DNA from: Turneriella sp.
GTDB lineage: Bacteria; Spirochaetota; Leptospiria; Turneriellales; Turneriellaceae
DNA: 64,000 nucleotides
Direction: 5' to 3'
Assembly (NCBI GenBank): GCA_965279515.1
Contig: CBDIID010000003.1
Span: 1,248,001-1,312,000, forward strand
Of the stretch, positions 1 to 11,176 are shown one piece after another (position 1 is the stretch's first letter; each line of letters begins with the position of its first letter). Under the pieces are notes generated by a model. That model was not told the DNA's origin. It saw only the letters and a program-made list of their open reading frames with translations, and made no database searches. The position numbers and the translations under genes were made by a program.

Positions 1-229
1 CGACATCGCGGTACGAAATCCTCAGGTCGCGCGGCATACCGAGCGCTTTGATGAAAGCTTCTTTCACGGCAAAACGCGCCGCGAGATGCGGCGTTGGATC
101 TTTTTTTTTCAGGCAGTAAGTGACTTCTTCTTCGGTAAAGACCCGGTTCAGAAATCGCTGCTTGTATTTGCCCAACATTTCAGAAATGCGGTCATTTTCA
201 CAGATATCGATGCCGATGCCAACGACCAT
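1..229 (-). CDS. acpS: holo-[acyl-carrier-protein] synthase (5' part; runs off window start)
   Basis: Manual translation MVVGIGIDICENDRI...F.NRVFTEEE...HLAARFAVKEAFIKALG matches AcpS motifs; ATG overlaps the alaS stop (TGATG). Not in the ORF track. Confidence 0.93.
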   Translation of the reverse strand, partial: MVVGIGIDICENDRISEMLGKYKQRFLNRVFTEEEVTYCLKKKDPTPHLAARFAVKEAFIKALGMPRDLRISYRDV

Positions 230-2892
230 CAGATTTCCGCTGAGAAAAATTTCACGACCGCGTCGGCATCGCCCGTAAATTTACCCTGTATGAGTTCGGC
301 CTTGCCACCGCCCGTGACGCCGAGACCCGCCGGGACTTTTTTAACCGTCTGGCCCAAATGGATTTTTCGGGCTGCTGCATAATCTGCGCCCGTACCCAGA
401 ACAAACACTGTCTCAGCGGGGCCCTTTGCAAACAGCATGTATACCGCTTGCGCGTTCTTTTCACGCGCCTTGTCGATAAGATTTTTAAGATCGTTGATTG
501 GCCGGGCGTCAAGCACCTGGACGGCATACGCCGTGCCGGAGGCGGCAGTCGTGGTTGCTGCGATGAGAGCATCGAGCAACGGCTCCAAATCGCCGCTCAC
601 CGCACTCTGGCTTTTTTTGCGCTCTTTGCGCACTGCCTGCTGTAGTTCGGCAACTTCCGCCGCGAGAGCCAGCGAACTGCGCCAGAGCCCCGCGTCGACC
701 TTGGCTGCTTCGAGTGTTTTCAGCTTTGCTGCAGCAGCGTCGCCGTCCTTACCTATTTCAGTTAACGCAACGCGGATTTCATCCCATTTACGCTGCAGGG
801 CCGCACTAGCCGCCTGGCCCGCGACCGCTTCGATGCGGCGGTTGCCGGCACCGGGGCTGGATTCCTTCTGGATAAAGAACGCGCCGATGTCGCCTGTGCG
901 TGCAACGTGTGTGCCGCCGCAGAATTCTTTCGAGAAATCACCCATCTCGACCACGCGCACGACGTCACCATACTTCTCGCCGAAAGTCATTACCGCACCG
1001 CGCTTTTCAGCTTCGTTTTTGGGCAATACTGCTGTGGCAACTGCAGCGTTACCATGGACCACTTCGTTCACGGTGCGCTCAACGGCGGCGACTTCGTCGG
1101 CAGTCATTGCTTTCGGGTGGGCAAAATCAAAACGCAGGTATTCGGGATGCACAAGAGAACCTGTCTGCTTAATATGCCCGCCCAGGCTCTTTTTGAGCGC
1201 GGCGTTCAACAGGTGTGTCGCGCTGTGGTGCCGCATCAGGGCCTCGCGGCGTTCGCGATCGACAATGAGCTCGACCTCTTCGCCTGCCGCAATGGTACCT
1301 TCGATATCGCTCAACAGGTGAACGTATGCATCACCTTGCTTGCGGCAATCGGTGATACGTGCTCCACCCTTGGCGCTTTTGAGGAAACCATTGTCCCCCA
1401 GCTGCCCCCCACCTTCGGCATAAAAAGGTGTCTTATCCGTCAGCACAAAGCAGAGTTCTGCCGAATCTTTTTCAGATATGGAATTCACCACCTGATTGCC
1501 GCGGATGATCGAAAGAATTTTTCCGTGATCTGCGAGCGTTGTAAACCCCGTGAATTCCGTAGCCGTAGATTTCCCCAGCGGTAATTCCAGCACGCCCTTC
1601 CATGCGGCACGTCCACGCTCGCGTTGTTTTTCCATCTCGGCTTTGAACGCCGGAATATCGACGGTAAGGTTTTCCTGCTCGGCGAGCTCTACTGTCATTT
1701 CGAGCGGGAAGCCAAAAGTATCATACAGTTGAAAAATTTCTTTGCCGGGCAGAACCTTGCCACCCTTTTCCTTCACACCGTGCACCAGCTCTTCGAGGCG
1801 TGCCGCGCCTGAATCGAGCGTCTTCAGGAAACGGTTCTCTTCTTCGCGGATATAGTCTGTGATGAACGGAATATTGCCTTTGAGCTCGGCATAGAACTTG
1901 CCATAGATCTCACTGACTGTATCGCAGAGTTTATAGAGCAATGGCTCCTTTTGCCCCAGCTTGCGGCCAAACAACATCGCGCGGCGCAGAACACGGCGCA
2001 GTACGTAGCCGCGCGATTCATTCGAGGGGAAAATACCATCTGACATCGCAAAGGTCAGAGTGCGGATATGATCCGTGAGCACGCGCAGCGCAATAACAGA
2101 ATCACCTTCATACTTCGCCGAAAAAACTTCAGCCGCCTTTTTGCGCAGCGACGCCAGTTCGTCGGTGTCGAAAACGGAATCCACACCCTGCGTGAGTGTG
2201 CCGAGGCGCTCAAGGCCGGCTCCGGTATCGATGCCGGTCTTCGCAAGCGGGAGGTATTCCCCCTTCTGGAAATCAAACTGGTTAAAAACCAGGTTCCAGA
2301 ACTCCATAAAACGATCGCCCGAGCCCCCTGGCGCCCGGTTTTGCTCGTCTGTACCGAACGCTTCGCCGCGGTCGATGTAAAGTTCGCTGCATGGTCCGCA
2401 GGCGCCTGCGTCACCGGCGGGTCCCCAGAAGTTATCCGCACGGCCCAGACGCACGATGCGCTCCCTGGGTACGCCGATGTGTTTATGCCAGATATCAGCG
2501 GCCTCGTCGTCGTTTTCAAAAATACTGATCCAGATCTTATCTTTCGGAAAAGGTAAAAATTGCGTGGAGTACTCCCACGCAAACTCAATCGCTTCTTTCT
2601 TGAAATAATCACCGAAGCTGAAGTTGCCGAGCATCTCAAAGAACGACAAGTGCCGCTTGGTCTTGCCTACGGATTCGAGGTCAGTGGTCCTCAGGCACTT
2701 CTGCACAGAAGCCAGCCGGGATGCAGGCGGATTTTTTGCGCCCGAAAAGAAATCCTTGAAAGGCACCATACCCGCTGTCGTAAAAAGCAACGTCGGGTCA
2801 GCCGCAGGCAAGAGCGAGGCGCTGGGCATACGCAGGTGCTTTTTACTCTCAAAGAATGAGAGATATGAATTTCGGATATCGTTGATCTTCAT
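229..2892 (-). CDS. alaS: alanine--tRNA ligase
   Basis: 887 aa; DPTLLFTTAGMVPFK, FEMLGNFSFGDYFK, HHSATHLL and EFCGGTHV editing motifs, C-terminal GGG. Confidence 0.98.
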   Translation of the reverse strand: MKINDIRNSYLSFFESKKHLRMPSASLLPAADPTLLFTTAGMVPFKDFFSGAKNPPASRLASVQKCLRTTDLESVGKTKRHLSFFEMLGNFSFGDYFKKEAIEFAWEYSTQFLPFPKDKIWISIFENDDEAADIWHKHIGVPRERIVRLGRADNFWGPAGDAGACGPCSELYIDRGEAFGTDEQNRAPGGSGDRFMEFWNLVFNQFDFQKGEYLPLAKTGIDTGAGLERLGTLTQGVDSVFDTDELASLRKKAAEVFSAKYEGDSVIALRVLTDHIRTLTFAMSDGIFPSNESRGYVLRRVLRRAMLFGRKLGQKEPLLYKLCDTVSEIYGKFYAELKGNIPFITDYIREEENRFLKTLDSGAARLEELVHGVKEKGGKVLPGKEIFQLYDTFGFPLEMTVELAEQENLTVDIPAFKAEMEKQRERGRAAWKGVLELPLGKSTATEFTGFTTLADHGKILSIIRGNQVVNSISEKDSAELCFVLTDKTPFYAEGGGQLGDNGFLKSAKGGARITDCRKQGDAYVHLLSDIEGTIAAGEEVELIVDRERREALMRHHSATHLLNAALKKSLGGHIKQTGSLVHPEYLRFDFAHPKAMTADEVAAVERTVNEVVHGNAAVATAVLPKNEAEKRGAVMTFGEKYGDVVRVVEMGDFSKEFCGGTHVARTGDIGAFFIQKESSPGAGNRRIEAVAGQAASAALQRKWDEIRVALTEIGKDGDAAAAKLKTLEAAKVDAGLWRSSLALAAEVAELQQAVRKERKKSQSAVSGDLEPLLDALIAATTTAASGTAYAVQVLDARPINDLKNLIDKAREKNAQAVYMLFAKGPAETVFVLGTGADYAAARKIHLGQTVKKVPAGLGVTGGGKAELIQGKFTGDADAVVKFFSAEI

Positions 2893-2939
2893 GACGCTGG
2901 ATTAACTCCGGTTTTTGAAACATGCCCGCAAGAAGATAT

Positions 2940-2969
2940 AAAAAAAGCGTACCCGAAGGTACGCTTTTT
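2940..2969 (-). terminator. intrinsic terminator after rplQ (possibly bidirectional)
   Basis: Minus strand reads agcgtacc-TTCG-ggtacgc followed by T7, about 20 nt after the rplQ stop. Confidence 0.9.
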
Positions 2970-2987
2970 CTGAGGGCTTAAGAATAG

Positions 2988-3515
2988 TTACTTCTTAGCC
3001 TTTTTTTCTTTTGCCGGCTTCGCAGCCTTGGCTTCTTTCGCTGGTTTTTCAGCAGCCGAAGCTTTTTTGCCGCCTTTTTTACTGCGCGCCGCACGGACTG
3101 CACTGCGGTCTTCTTTCAGCTGCGCCAGTTCTTTGCGCTCGACAAGTTGCAGCATCGCCATTTCTGATGCATCAGAAATGCGCTGCCCGACGCGCAGAAT
3201 GCGTGTATAACCACCGGGACGCGTAGCAAAACGCGGCGCGATGTCATTGAACAGCTTGTGGAGGATTTCCTTATCGGTCACGATTTTCGCCGCTTCGCGC
3301 AGGTTATGTACTTTCTCCGCAGGCGTCAGCGAACCTTTTTGGTTTGCCCGTGCCCGCGTGATCAGCTTCTCCGCGATCTGGCGCGCGACCTTGGCTTTCG
3401 CTACGGTCGTGGTGATATTCTCATGAAAGAACAATGACTGCACAAGGTTGCCCAACATCGCCTGGCGATGCCCGACCTTCTTGTTCAGATGTTTTACTTT
3501 ATTTCCCTTAATCAT
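2988..3515 (-). CDS. rplQ: 50S ribosomal protein L17 with Lys/Ala-rich C-terminal tail
   Basis: HRQAMLGNLV, ITTTVAKAK, RPGGYTRI; follows rpoA. Confidence 0.97.
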   Translation of the reverse strand: MIKGNKVKHLNKKVGHRQAMLGNLVQSLFFHENITTTVAKAKVARQIAEKLITRARANQKGSLTPAEKVHNLREAAKIVTDKEILHKLFNDIAPRFATRPGGYTRILRVGQRISDASEMAMLQLVERKELAQLKEDRSAVRAARSKKGGKKASAAEKPAKEAKAAKPAKEKKAKK

Positions 3516-3539
3516 AATCCCTCTTGGATCTTTCCGTTA

Positions 3540-4520
3540 TCAGCGACCGTCGCGCATGCCGAACGCGAGATTCATGTTAGCGAGCTTGCTTTTAAGCTGC
3601 AATAACACTTTGTCCGAGTAGTGCTTGCTCTTTCTCAGGTCGTCTTCGTAGCGTGTGACGATGTCTTTCACGTTGCGCATGTCTAAGCTGCGCAACACCG
3701 CGATACTGCGCACCGACATTTCCATGTCTTCCAGGGCAACCTGCATCGCCTTCTTGAGGCGCTCGTCAGTTTCGTCGAATTCTTCCTCTTCTTCGTACAT
3801 CTCTTCTGCGAAGTTGATGAATACGGTAAGGTGTTCTTTGAGAATCTTCGCGGCATAAGCCATCGCGTCTTCAGGCGAGATGGTCATGTCTGTCCAGATT
3901 TCGAATGTGACTTTGTCGTAGTCTGTTCTCTGGTCGACGCGTGTTTCGCCGATTTCGAAGTTCACTTTCGTGATCGGTGAAAAGAGTGCGTCGATGGGAA
4001 TCACACCCACTTCATCGATCATCTTCTTAGTGATTTCAGCGGGCAGGTAGCCGCGGCCTTTATCGATCTGCAGCGTCATCTTGAGGTTTGCATCCTCATT
4101 CATGTGCGCGAGAACGAGGTCGGGGTTCATCACCTCGACGCTGTTTGAGACCGCAAAGTCGGCTGCCATCAGCACACCAGCGCCTTTTTTCTCGACTTCG
4201 AGAGTCAGGGGACCCTGGCCGTCCATTTTAAGGCGTACACGTTTCAGGTTGAGGATCAGGCGGGTGACGTCTTCTTTGATGCCGGGCATCGTGGAGAATT
4301 CGTGGCTCACGCCTTCGATCTTGACCGCGACAATCGCCGCGCCTTCGATGTACGACATCAGAACGCGCCTCAGGCTGTTCGCCACCGTGACGCCGAAACC
4401 TTTTTCAAACGGCTCGGCGACAAACTTGCCGTAATCCGGGCGAGTTTCTACGTGCTGGAATTCCGCACTTTTCGGACGCTTGAGACCCTTGAGTAAATTT
4501 TTCGGTGCAGCTTTTGCCAT
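3540..4520 (-). CDS. rpoA: RNA polymerase alpha subunit
   Basis: EPFEKGFGVTVANSLRRVL, HEFSTMPGIKEDV, IPIDALFSPI. Confidence 0.98.
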   Translation of the reverse strand: MAKAAPKNLLKGLKRPKSAEFQHVETRPDYGKFVAEPFEKGFGVTVANSLRRVLMSYIEGAAIVAVKIEGVSHEFSTMPGIKEDVTRLILNLKRVRLKMDGQGPLTLEVEKKGAGVLMAADFAVSNSVEVMNPDLVLAHMNEDANLKMTLQIDKGRGYLPAEITKKMIDEVGVIPIDALFSPITKVNFEIGETRVDQRTDYDKVTFEIWTDMTISPEDAMAYAAKILKEHLTVFINFAEEMYEEEEEFDETDERLKKAMQVALEDMEMSVRSIAVLRSLDMRNVKDIVTRYEDDLRKSKHYSDKVLLQLKSKLANMNLAFGMRDGR

Positions 4521-4537
4521 TATTTCTCCATTAAAAA

Positions 4538-5167
4538 TTATTTCGAGTACAACTCGACAATGACGTTCTCTTTGATCGGAATATCGACGTTTTCACGTGA
4601 CGGCATTTTCACGACTTTCGCTGATTTTCCGTCTTCGCCGTGTTCCATCCAATCTGCGATGAGACCCGCATTTTTCGACATTTCCACGTTTTCAGCGATG
4701 ACCTTATTCGTTTTCAGTTTTTCTGCCAGCGAAATTGTATCGCCGATAGAAACTTTATAGCTGGGGATATCTACACGGCGGCCGTTCACCTGAATGTGGC
4801 CGTGTACGATAAAGTTACGTGCCTGGGCGCGCGATGAAGCAACACCCATGCGGTAGAGCGAATTGTCGAGACGACGCTCGAGCAGAATCAAAAGGTTTTC
4901 CCCGGTGATACCGCGCTGGCGCGATGCGTGTTCAAAATAGTTGCGGAACGGGCGCTCTAAGAGGCCGTATACACGCTTGACCTTTTGTTTTTCACGCAGC
5001 TGTGTCGCATAACCCGACATCTTCGGCTTACGCTTCGGTGGTGGGCCCGGAGGATTTTTTCTTTTGTTAAAAATGCACTTGTCTGTCATGCATTTTTGAC
5101 CTTTGAGGAATAATTTTAATCCCTCGCGTCTGCACAACTTACATGCTGGTCCGATTGCTCTTGCCAT
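4538..5167 (-). CDS. rpsD: 30S ribosomal protein S4 (zinc-binding type)
   Basis: CKLCRREG, QLREKQKVKRVYG, LERRLDN, VIVELYSK. Confidence 0.98.
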   Translation of the reverse strand: MARAIGPACKLCRREGLKLFLKGQKCMTDKCIFNKRKNPPGPPPKRKPKMSGYATQLREKQKVKRVYGLLERPFRNYFEHASRQRGITGENLLILLERRLDNSLYRMGVASSRAQARNFIVHGHIQVNGRRVDIPSYKVSIGDTISLAEKLKTNKVIAENVEMSKNAGLIADWMEHGEDGKSAKVVKMPSRENVDIPIKENVIVELYSK

Positions 5168-5170
5168 TTC

Positions 5171-5590
5171 TTATACCCTTCTCTTCTTGCGTGGTCGGCA
5201 GCCGTTATGTGGTACCGGTGTGATGTCTTTGATGAGGCTGACGCGCAGGCCTGATGCAGCCAGCGTGCGGATTGCCTGCTCGCGGCCAACGCCGGGGCCT
5301 TTGACGTAAATTTCCACTTCATGCAGGCCGCGCTCGCGCGCTTTGTCGAGAGCTGAACGTGCCGCCAACTGTGCTGCATACGGCGTCGCTTTACGCGAAC
5401 CTTTGAATTCGAGCGAACCGCCCGATGCCCAGGCGATCGAGTTACCGTTCATGTCGGTAATCGTGATGATCGTATTGTTGAACGTCGCGTTGATATAAAC
5501 GCGTCCGCGTGGCACACGACCTTTGTCTTTGATCTTCTTCGACGCTTTCGCTTCGTCCGGCGCCGCTTGTTCTTTTACTTCTTCGCTCAT
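5171..5590 (-). CDS. rpsK: 30S ribosomal protein S11
   Basis: [31 protein letters not shown]. Confidence 0.98.
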   Translation of the reverse strand: MSEEVKEQAAPDEAKASKKIKDKGRVPRGRVYINATFNNTIITITDMNGNSIAWASGGSLEFKGSRKATPYAAQLAARSALDKARERGLHEVEIYVKGPGVGREQAIRTLAASGLRVSLIKDITPVPHNGCRPRKKRRV

Positions 5591-5602
5591 ATTATTGTTC
5601 CA

Positions 5603-5986
5603 TTAACCTTTGCTCGGCGCCATTTTCTTGCCGGCGACGGTCACGCGGCGGCCTTTACGGGTACGCGCGTTTGTTTTAGTGCGCTGGCCGCGTGCGGGTA
5701 AACCCCGGCGGTGGCGGCTGCCCCGGTAGCTGTTTGTGTCAATCAGGCGCTTCATGTCGAGCTGCACTTTGCTGCGCAGTGCACCTTCTACAGTGTAAGA
5801 CCCGTCGATGACCTTTTTGATCTTCCCGATTTCGTCTTCACTCAGCTCATGCACGCGCTTGGAAAGTGGGATGCCCGCTTTCGCTACGATGTCATTGGCG
5901 GCTTTTGTGCCAATGCCGTAGATGTACGTGAGGCCGATAACGACCCTTTTCTGATTTGGTAAATCTATACCTTCAATACGTGCCAT
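5603..5986 (-). CDS. rpsM: 30S ribosomal protein S13
   Basis: [36 protein letters not shown]. Confidence 0.98.
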   Translation of the reverse strand: MARIEGIDLPNQKRVVIGLTYIYGIGTKAANDIVAKAGIPLSKRVHELSEDEIGKIKKVIDGSYTVEGALRSKVQLDMKRLIDTNSYRGSRHRRGLPARGQRTKTNARTRKGRRVTVAGKKMAPSKG

Positions 5987-5988
5987 AA

Positions 5989-6105
5989 TTACCTCTGCCT
6001 CTGTTTATGCCGGGGATTTGATTTACAAATCACGCGGATGACTCCCGCTCTGCGGATTACCTTACATTGCGGACAAATCTTTCTGACCGATGCTCTGACC
6101 TTCAT
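5989..6105 (-). CDS. rpmJ: 50S ribosomal protein L36 (zinc-binding type)
   Basis: Manual translation [42 protein letters not shown] overlap with the map stop. Too short for the ORF track. Confidence 0.97.
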   Translation of the reverse strand: MKVRASVRKICPQCKVIRRAGVIRVICKSNPRHKQRQR

Positions 6106-6914
6106 ACGTTAACTCCAGATTTCTCAATGCCCATCATTTCAAAAACGTTGATATTTGCACCCTTGGGCAATGTGCAAATCACCGGGCCCGAACTTGTAAC
6201 CGCAATTGTGTGCTCGAAGTGAGCGCTCAATTTGCCGTCCTTTGTTTTGACCGTCCATTTATCCGAATCTGTAAATACGTCATACGTGCCGGCGTTGATC
6301 ATCGGCTCAATGGCGATGACCATGCCGGCGCGGATTTTGATGCCGTCTTTACGGCGACCATAGTTAGGCACCTGCGGCTCTTCGTGGATTGCCTTACCGA
6401 TACCGTGGCCAACGAGCTGGCGCACGACGCCGAAGCCATTGCCTTCAGCGTGCTTTTGTACCGCTTCGCCGATCGCACCGATACGGTTGTCCGCTTTTGC
6501 TTCGGCGATACCTTTAAAAAGACACTGTTGTGTAACTTCGACGAGCTGGCGTGCTTCGCTGCTCACCTTGCCCACCGGCCATGTCCATGCAGTATCCGAA
6601 AAATAACCGTTGTAGCTCACACCCAGGTCTACGCTGACAATATCGCCTTCGCGGATGACATCCTTCTTGTTGGGTATACCATGCACGACACTGTCGTTGA
6701 GACAGGTGCAGATGCATGCCGGGAATCCATAGAGACCCAGAAAGGCCGGTTTGCCCTTTTTAGAATAGATAAATTCGCGCGCGACTTCGTCGAGGTCAGC
6801 CGTCGAAACACCGGGCTTAATATGCTCACGGATACGCATGTGAGTTTCGTAAGAGATCATACCGGATTCCATGATCTGCGAAACTTCTTTGCTTGTGTAG
6901 ATCTTAACTGCCAC
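6102..6914 (-). CDS. map: methionine aminopeptidase type I
   Basis: [44 protein letters not shown]. Confidence 0.97.
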   Translation of the reverse strand: MAVKIYTSKEVSQIMESGMISYETHMRIREHIKPGVSTADLDEVAREFIYSKKGKPAFLGLYGFPACICTCLNDSVVHGIPNKKDVIREGDIVSVDLGVSYNGYFSDTAWTWPVGKVSSEARQLVEVTQQCLFKGIAEAKADNRIGAIGEAVQKHAEGNGFGVVRQLVGHGIGKAIHEEPQVPNYGRRKDGIKIRAGMVIAIEPMINAGTYDVFTDSDKWTVKTKDGKLSAHFEHTIAVTSSGPVICTLPKGANINVFEMMGIEKSGVNV

Positions 6915-6915
6915 G

Positions 6916-7479
6916 TCATACTCCGACCACGGCCTTTACCTTGTCCGCGATTTCAGTCGTGGAGCCGGTGCCGTGGATGTGGCGCAATATCTTCTTTTCT
7001 TCGTAATAGCTGATAAGAGGTTGTGTCTTGTCTTTAAAAACCTGCAAGCGATTTTTGATCGATTCAGGATTGTCATCCGAACGGCCTTCCTGCGCCGCAC
7101 GGCCCAGAAGGCGTTTCACAAGCTCTTCATCCGGCACTTCAAAATTAACCACATGGTCCATTTTGATGCCGAGTTTTGTTAAAATACCGTCGAGAGCCTT
7201 TGCCTGCTCGATTGTACGGGGAAAACCGTCGAGCACGAAGCCTTTTTTGCAATCTGGTTCCTGAATGCGCTGCTCGATAATGCCGATGACAACGCTGTCG
7301 GGCACAAGCTCGCCTTTATCCATAAAGGATTTTGCCTGCTTGCCCAGATCTGTCCCTTTGCTCACTGCTTCGCGCAGAATGTCACCTGTGGAAATCTGGA
7401 TGATTCCCGCACGATCTAAAAATATTTTAGCCTGCGTGCCTTTACCGGCGCCAGGAGGACCCAGGAAAATCAGTTGCAT
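6916..7479 (-). CDS. adk: adenylate kinase (short-LID type)
   Basis: GPPGAGKGTQA, ISTGDILR, LDGFPRT, GRSDDN. Confidence 0.98.
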   Translation of the reverse strand: MQLIFLGPPGAGKGTQAKIFLDRAGIIQISTGDILREAVSKGTDLGKQAKSFMDKGELVPDSVVIGIIEQRIQEPDCKKGFVLDGFPRTIEQAKALDGILTKLGIKMDHVVNFEVPDEELVKRLLGRAAQEGRSDDNPESIKNRLQVFKDKTQPLISYYEEKKILRHIHGTGSTTEIADKVKAVVGV

Positions 7480-7482
7480 GCG

Positions 7483-8859
7483 CTAGCGCACCACCCGTGG
7501 GCGTCCGGCACTTTTCTTATTGCGATCCATAAAGCCGTCATAGTGCCGCATGATGAGCTGGCTTTCGATCTGTTTGAGCGTATCGAGGGCAACCCCGACC
7601 GTAATGAGCAGAGACGTACCACCGAAGAGGTGAATCAGCTGCGAATATTTTTCGAGGCTCCAAAGCTTAATAAAGATATCAGGAGCAATCGCGACGAAGG
7701 CGAGAAAGATCGCACCGGAGAGTGTGATCCTGTTCAGAATGCGCTCGAGTGTCTCTTCCGTATGCGCACCAGGACGCACACCAGGGATATATCCGCCATT
7801 TTTCTTGAGCGCCTCGGCAATCTCTTTCGGATTGTATTGTATCGTTGTGTAGAAATAAGCGAAAAACAAAATCAGCATGATATAAATGATGAAGTAAGTA
7901 ATCGTACCCGGTGCGAGATACTTCTGGATCGTCTCGGCAAAACCCTGGTAGCGCGAGCCAAAATAACTCGCAATCTGCGACGGGAAGATCATCAGCGATG
8001 ATGCGAAGATGATCGGCATCACGTTTGCAGCGTTAACCTTGATAGGCAGGGTTTGGCTCGCACCTTGTACCATACGGCGCCCGACAATACGCTTACCGTA
8101 CTGCAGGGGAATCTTGCGCTGGCCTTCGCTGAGCAGAATCGACATACCGATCATGGCAATAAAGAGCACCAGGAGAATCAGCGCGAGAATTGCATCGGCC
8201 TGATTTGTGCGGATGTCACCGAGGAACTGCCCCAGCGCAGCGGGCGCTCCGGCAATAATACCCGCAAAGATAATGAGAGATGTTCCGTTACCAATGCCGC
8301 GCTCTGTCATGAGCTCGCCCATCCACATCAGCAGAATCGTACCGGCGGTGATGGTCAGCATGGTCATCGCAGTGAAAGCCGTTCCGGGCCCCCCTGCGAT
8401 CAACAGGCCTTTGCCGCTCTGCGCAGCTTCAAAGTGCAGCGACGTGATATAAACTGTAATACCATACGCCTGCAGGGCGCAGAGTAAAACGGTGCCATAA
8501 CGTGTGTACTGGTTGATCTTCTTACGGCCGAAATCCCCTTCTTTAGCGAGGCGCTGCAGAGAAGGAACCGCAACCATCATGATCTGCATGATGATCGAAG
8601 CGGAAATGTAAGGCATGATACCCAAAGCAAAAACCGACAGACGTTTGAACGCGCCGCCGGCAAAAAGGTCGATATAGTCTGTCAGGCTGCCGCCCGCACC
8701 CGCTGCAGCTTTGGCAAAATATTCCTGCAAAACCTTGAAGTCAAGGCCCGGCACAGTGATGTGTGCGCCGATGCGGAAAAGCAAAAGCATCCCGAGCGTA
8801 AAAAGAATCTTTTTACGCAGGTCAGGAACGGTAAAGATGGTTACGATCGACCGGATCAT
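7483..8859 (-). CDS. secY: preprotein translocase subunit SecY
   Basis: [47 protein letters not shown]. Confidence 0.98.
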   Translation of the reverse strand: MIRSIVTIFTVPDLRKKILFTLGMLLLFRIGAHITVPGLDFKVLQEYFAKAAAGAGGSLTDYIDLFAGGAFKRLSVFALGIMPYISASIIMQIMMVAVPSLQRLAKEGDFGRKKINQYTRYGTVLLCALQAYGITVYITSLHFEAAQSGKGLLIAGGPGTAFTAMTMLTITAGTILLMWMGELMTERGIGNGTSLIIFAGIIAGAPAALGQFLGDIRTNQADAILALILLVLFIAMIGMSILLSEGQRKIPLQYGKRIVGRRMVQGASQTLPIKVNAANVMPIIFASSLMIFPSQIASYFGSRYQGFAETIQKYLAPGTITYFIIYIMLILFFAYFYTTIQYNPKEIAEALKKNGGYIPGVRPGAHTEETLERILNRITLSGAIFLAFVAIAPDIFIKLWSLEKYSQLIHLFGGTSLLITVGVALDTLKQIESQLIMRHYDGFMDRNKKSAGRPRVVR

Positions 8860-9362
8860 TTAGCTGTCTTTTTTCCTTTCTCCAAAACTTTGGACTTCGC
8901 TTCTATAACTTCAACTTTCGCGCCCGCAGCTTCTGCGAGTTTCTTTGCCGCTTCGCTCACCGCGTCGGCCTTGATGTTTTTACCCGACAGCGAAACCTGT
9001 TTGCCGTTAGTTTTACCGAGGAGCTTCCACGCTTCTGTGCTCTTCGGTACGAGACCGGCTTTTTTCAGCGCTTCGAGGTTGATGGCTGCGTCTGCCAGTT
9101 TACCTTCGGCAACATATTTTGCCAGGTTTTGAATGTTAACAGGGGTGTATTCTTTACGGAATGCATTCTGGAAACCGCGCTTTGGAATGCGGCGATAAAG
9201 GGGCCACTGACCACCTTCAAAACGCGCAGGAATATTACCGCCATTACGCGCAGTCTGACCCTTACCACCGCGGCCAGAAGTCTTACCGTGGCCTGACGAA
9301 GTACCGCGGCCGACGATTTTCGGACGCTTATTCGCGCCTGCATTGGGCTTTAACTGGTTCAT
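8856..9362 (-). CDS. rplO: 50S ribosomal protein L15
   Basis: [40 protein letters not shown]. Confidence 0.97.
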   Translation of the reverse strand: MNQLKPNAGANKRPKIVGRGTSSGHGKTSGRGGKGQTARNGGNIPARFEGGQWPLYRRIPKRGFQNAFRKEYTPVNIQNLAKYVAEGKLADAAINLEALKKAGLVPKSTEAWKLLGKTNGKQVSLSGKNIKADAVSEAAKKLAEAAGAKVEVIEAKSKVLEKGKKTAK

Positions 9363-9541
9363 CCGATCGCCTCTACTTTCACAAGAAAGTTAACCTTTTT
9401 AAGCATGCCTTCGATTTGCGGAGTTACCGCATGCTCGCGCGACATACCGACGCGGCGCAGGCCGAGCGCTGTGAGCGTCGCTTTTTGTTTATCCGACTTG
9501 CGGATGTTACTGCGAGTTTGTGTTACGCGTACTTTTTTCAT
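9359..9541 (-). CDS. rpmD: 50S ribosomal protein L30
   Basis: 60 aa, [12 protein letters not shown]; lies between rpsE and rplO. Confidence 0.95.
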   Translation of the reverse strand: MKKVRVTQTRSNIRKSDKQKATLTALGLRRVGMSREHAVTPQIEGMLKKVNFLVKVEAIG

Positions 9542-9551
9542 TTATATTACC

Positions 9552-10223
9552 TCAGCTAGCTGCCGGCACTGGAGCTGCAGCCACGGCTTTGTCAGCCAGG
9601 GCCTTACGTTTCTCGTCGCGGCGCTGTTTTGAATAATTACCAAAGAGCACGGGCAGAGGAATTCCGCGCCGCAGCTTTGCCTGTTCGATACCGTCGAGTT
9701 GTTTCAGACCGTCGAGCGTCGCTTTAACAATGTTCAAGGGGTTTGTAGAGCCAATCGCTTTTGTCAGAATGTCGTGGATACCCGCGAGTTCGACTACCGC
9801 ACGTACCGAAGCACCGGCGATGATACCAGTACCGGGAGCGCCCGGTTTCAGCATCACGCGCGCCGATTTAAAACGGCCGATGACTTCGTGAGGGATAGTA
9901 TTGCCCTTTTTGCGGATCTTCATGACGCCTTTTTTTGCGTCTTCGATCGATTTACGGATCGCTTCCGGAACTTCCTTCGCCTTACCGAAGCCAAGACCGA
10001 CATACGTCTGTCCGTCGCCGACAACAGTCAGCGCATTGAATGAGAAGCGGCGACCGCCCTTCACAACTTTTGCCACGCGGGCCATATTGACCACACGCTC
10101 TGTGAGTTCTATTGTCTGACCGTCGATTTCGATCAGGTTCTTCTTAACGCCTTCTTTGGGGCCGTTCTTTTTACGCCCACCCGGCTTTCTGCCGCCGCCG
10201 CCCTGTTGCTTTGAGTCTTCCAT
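9552..10223 (-). CDS. rpsE: 30S ribosomal protein S5 (N- and C-terminal extensions)
   Basis: [34 protein letters not shown]. Confidence 0.98.
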   Translation of the reverse strand: MEDSKQQGGGGRKPGGRKKNGPKEGVKKNLIEIDGQTIELTERVVNMARVAKVVKGGRRFSFNALTVVGDGQTYVGLGFGKAKEVPEAIRKSIEDAKKGVMKIRKKGNTIPHEVIGRFKSARVMLKPGAPGTGIIAGASVRAVVELAGIHDILTKAIGSTNPLNIVKATLDGLKQLDGIEQAKLRRGIPLPVLFGNYSKQRRDEKRKALADKAVAAAPVPAAS

Positions 10224-10228
10224 AATGA

Positions 10229-10615
10229 TTAGATCTTAACTCCCTTTTCGCGGAGTTTTTCCGCAAAGCTTTGCACACGGCCGTGATACAGTTTTGCACC
10301 GCGATCGAAAATATAACCTTCATCGAGCTTCAGGTTAGCTCCCTGCATTTTACCGACCAGAGTTTCTGCGAGCTTTGCAGAGTGTTCTTTGTTGGTGAAC
10401 GATTTTCTCTCTTTAGTCTGCAGCGCCTTGTCGAGCGTTGAGCAGGTAATCAGTGTTTTACCCGCAGCATCGTCGAACAGTTGAGCATAGAGATGTTTTC
10501 CGGATACATGGAAATAGATGCGGCGCTTGCCGGCACGATTTCCCTTGCGGAGGCCTGCACGCACACGCGCAACCCGTTTTGATTTCTGGCGATTAAGTCT
10601 TGCTACCGATGGCAT
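10229..10615 (-). CDS. rplR: 50S ribosomal protein L18
   Basis: [24 protein letters not shown]; operon position. Confidence 0.95.
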   Translation of the reverse strand: MPSVARLNRQKSKRVARVRAGLRKGNRAGKRRIYFHVSGKHLYAQLFDDAAGKTLITCSTLDKALQTKERKSFTNKEHSAKLAETLVGKMQGANLKLDEGYIFDRGAKLYHGRVQSFAEKLREKGVKI

Positions 10616-10624
10616 ATATCCCTC

Positions 10625-11167
10625 TTACTTCTTAGCGCCCGCTTTACCAGCTTTGCGGCGGACATGCTCGTTCTCATAACGAATACCTTTACCTTTGTAA
10701 GGCTCGGGTTCCTTAAAACCGCGGATCTGTGCTGCCACCTGACCCACGCGCTGTTTATCAATACCGCTCACCTTGAGCTTGGTATTCTCGAGAACCTCGA
10801 CGACAACGTCTGCGGGTTCTTTAAAAATAACATCATGAGAAAAACCGAGGCTAAAGACAACGTCCTTACCCTTTTTCTGTGCGCGGTATCCCACACCCTG
10901 CAGCAGCAGGATTTTCGAATAGCCGGTAGTCGTACCGACGACGCTGTTTTGCACCAGCGACCGCACGAGGCCGTGTTTGGCGCGCAGCGTCTTTTCATCG
11001 CTCGAGCGTGTCAGTTTCGCAATATTCCCTTCGATCTCCAGTTTGAGGCCTGGGAACATGGGAGCCGTGAGCGAACCCTTAGGGCCTTTCACAGTAACGC
11101 TGTCTGCACCAGCGGTGATTGTTACACCCGCCGGGACATCGATAATTTTGTTTCCTATGCGCGACAT
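10625..11167 (-). CDS. rplF: 50S ribosomal protein L6
   Basis: MSRIGN, GVGYRA, PEPYKGKGIRY. Confidence 0.98.
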   Translation of the reverse strand: MSRIGNKIIDVPAGVTITAGADSVTVKGPKGSLTAPMFPGLKLEIEGNIAKLTRSSDEKTLRAKHGLVRSLVQNSVVGTTTGYSKILLLQGVGYRAQKKGKDVVFSLGFSHDVIFKEPADVVVEVLENTKLKVSGIDKQRVGQVAAQIRGFKEPEPYKGKGIRYENEHVRRKAGKAGAKK

Positions 11168-11176
11168 ATATCTTCC

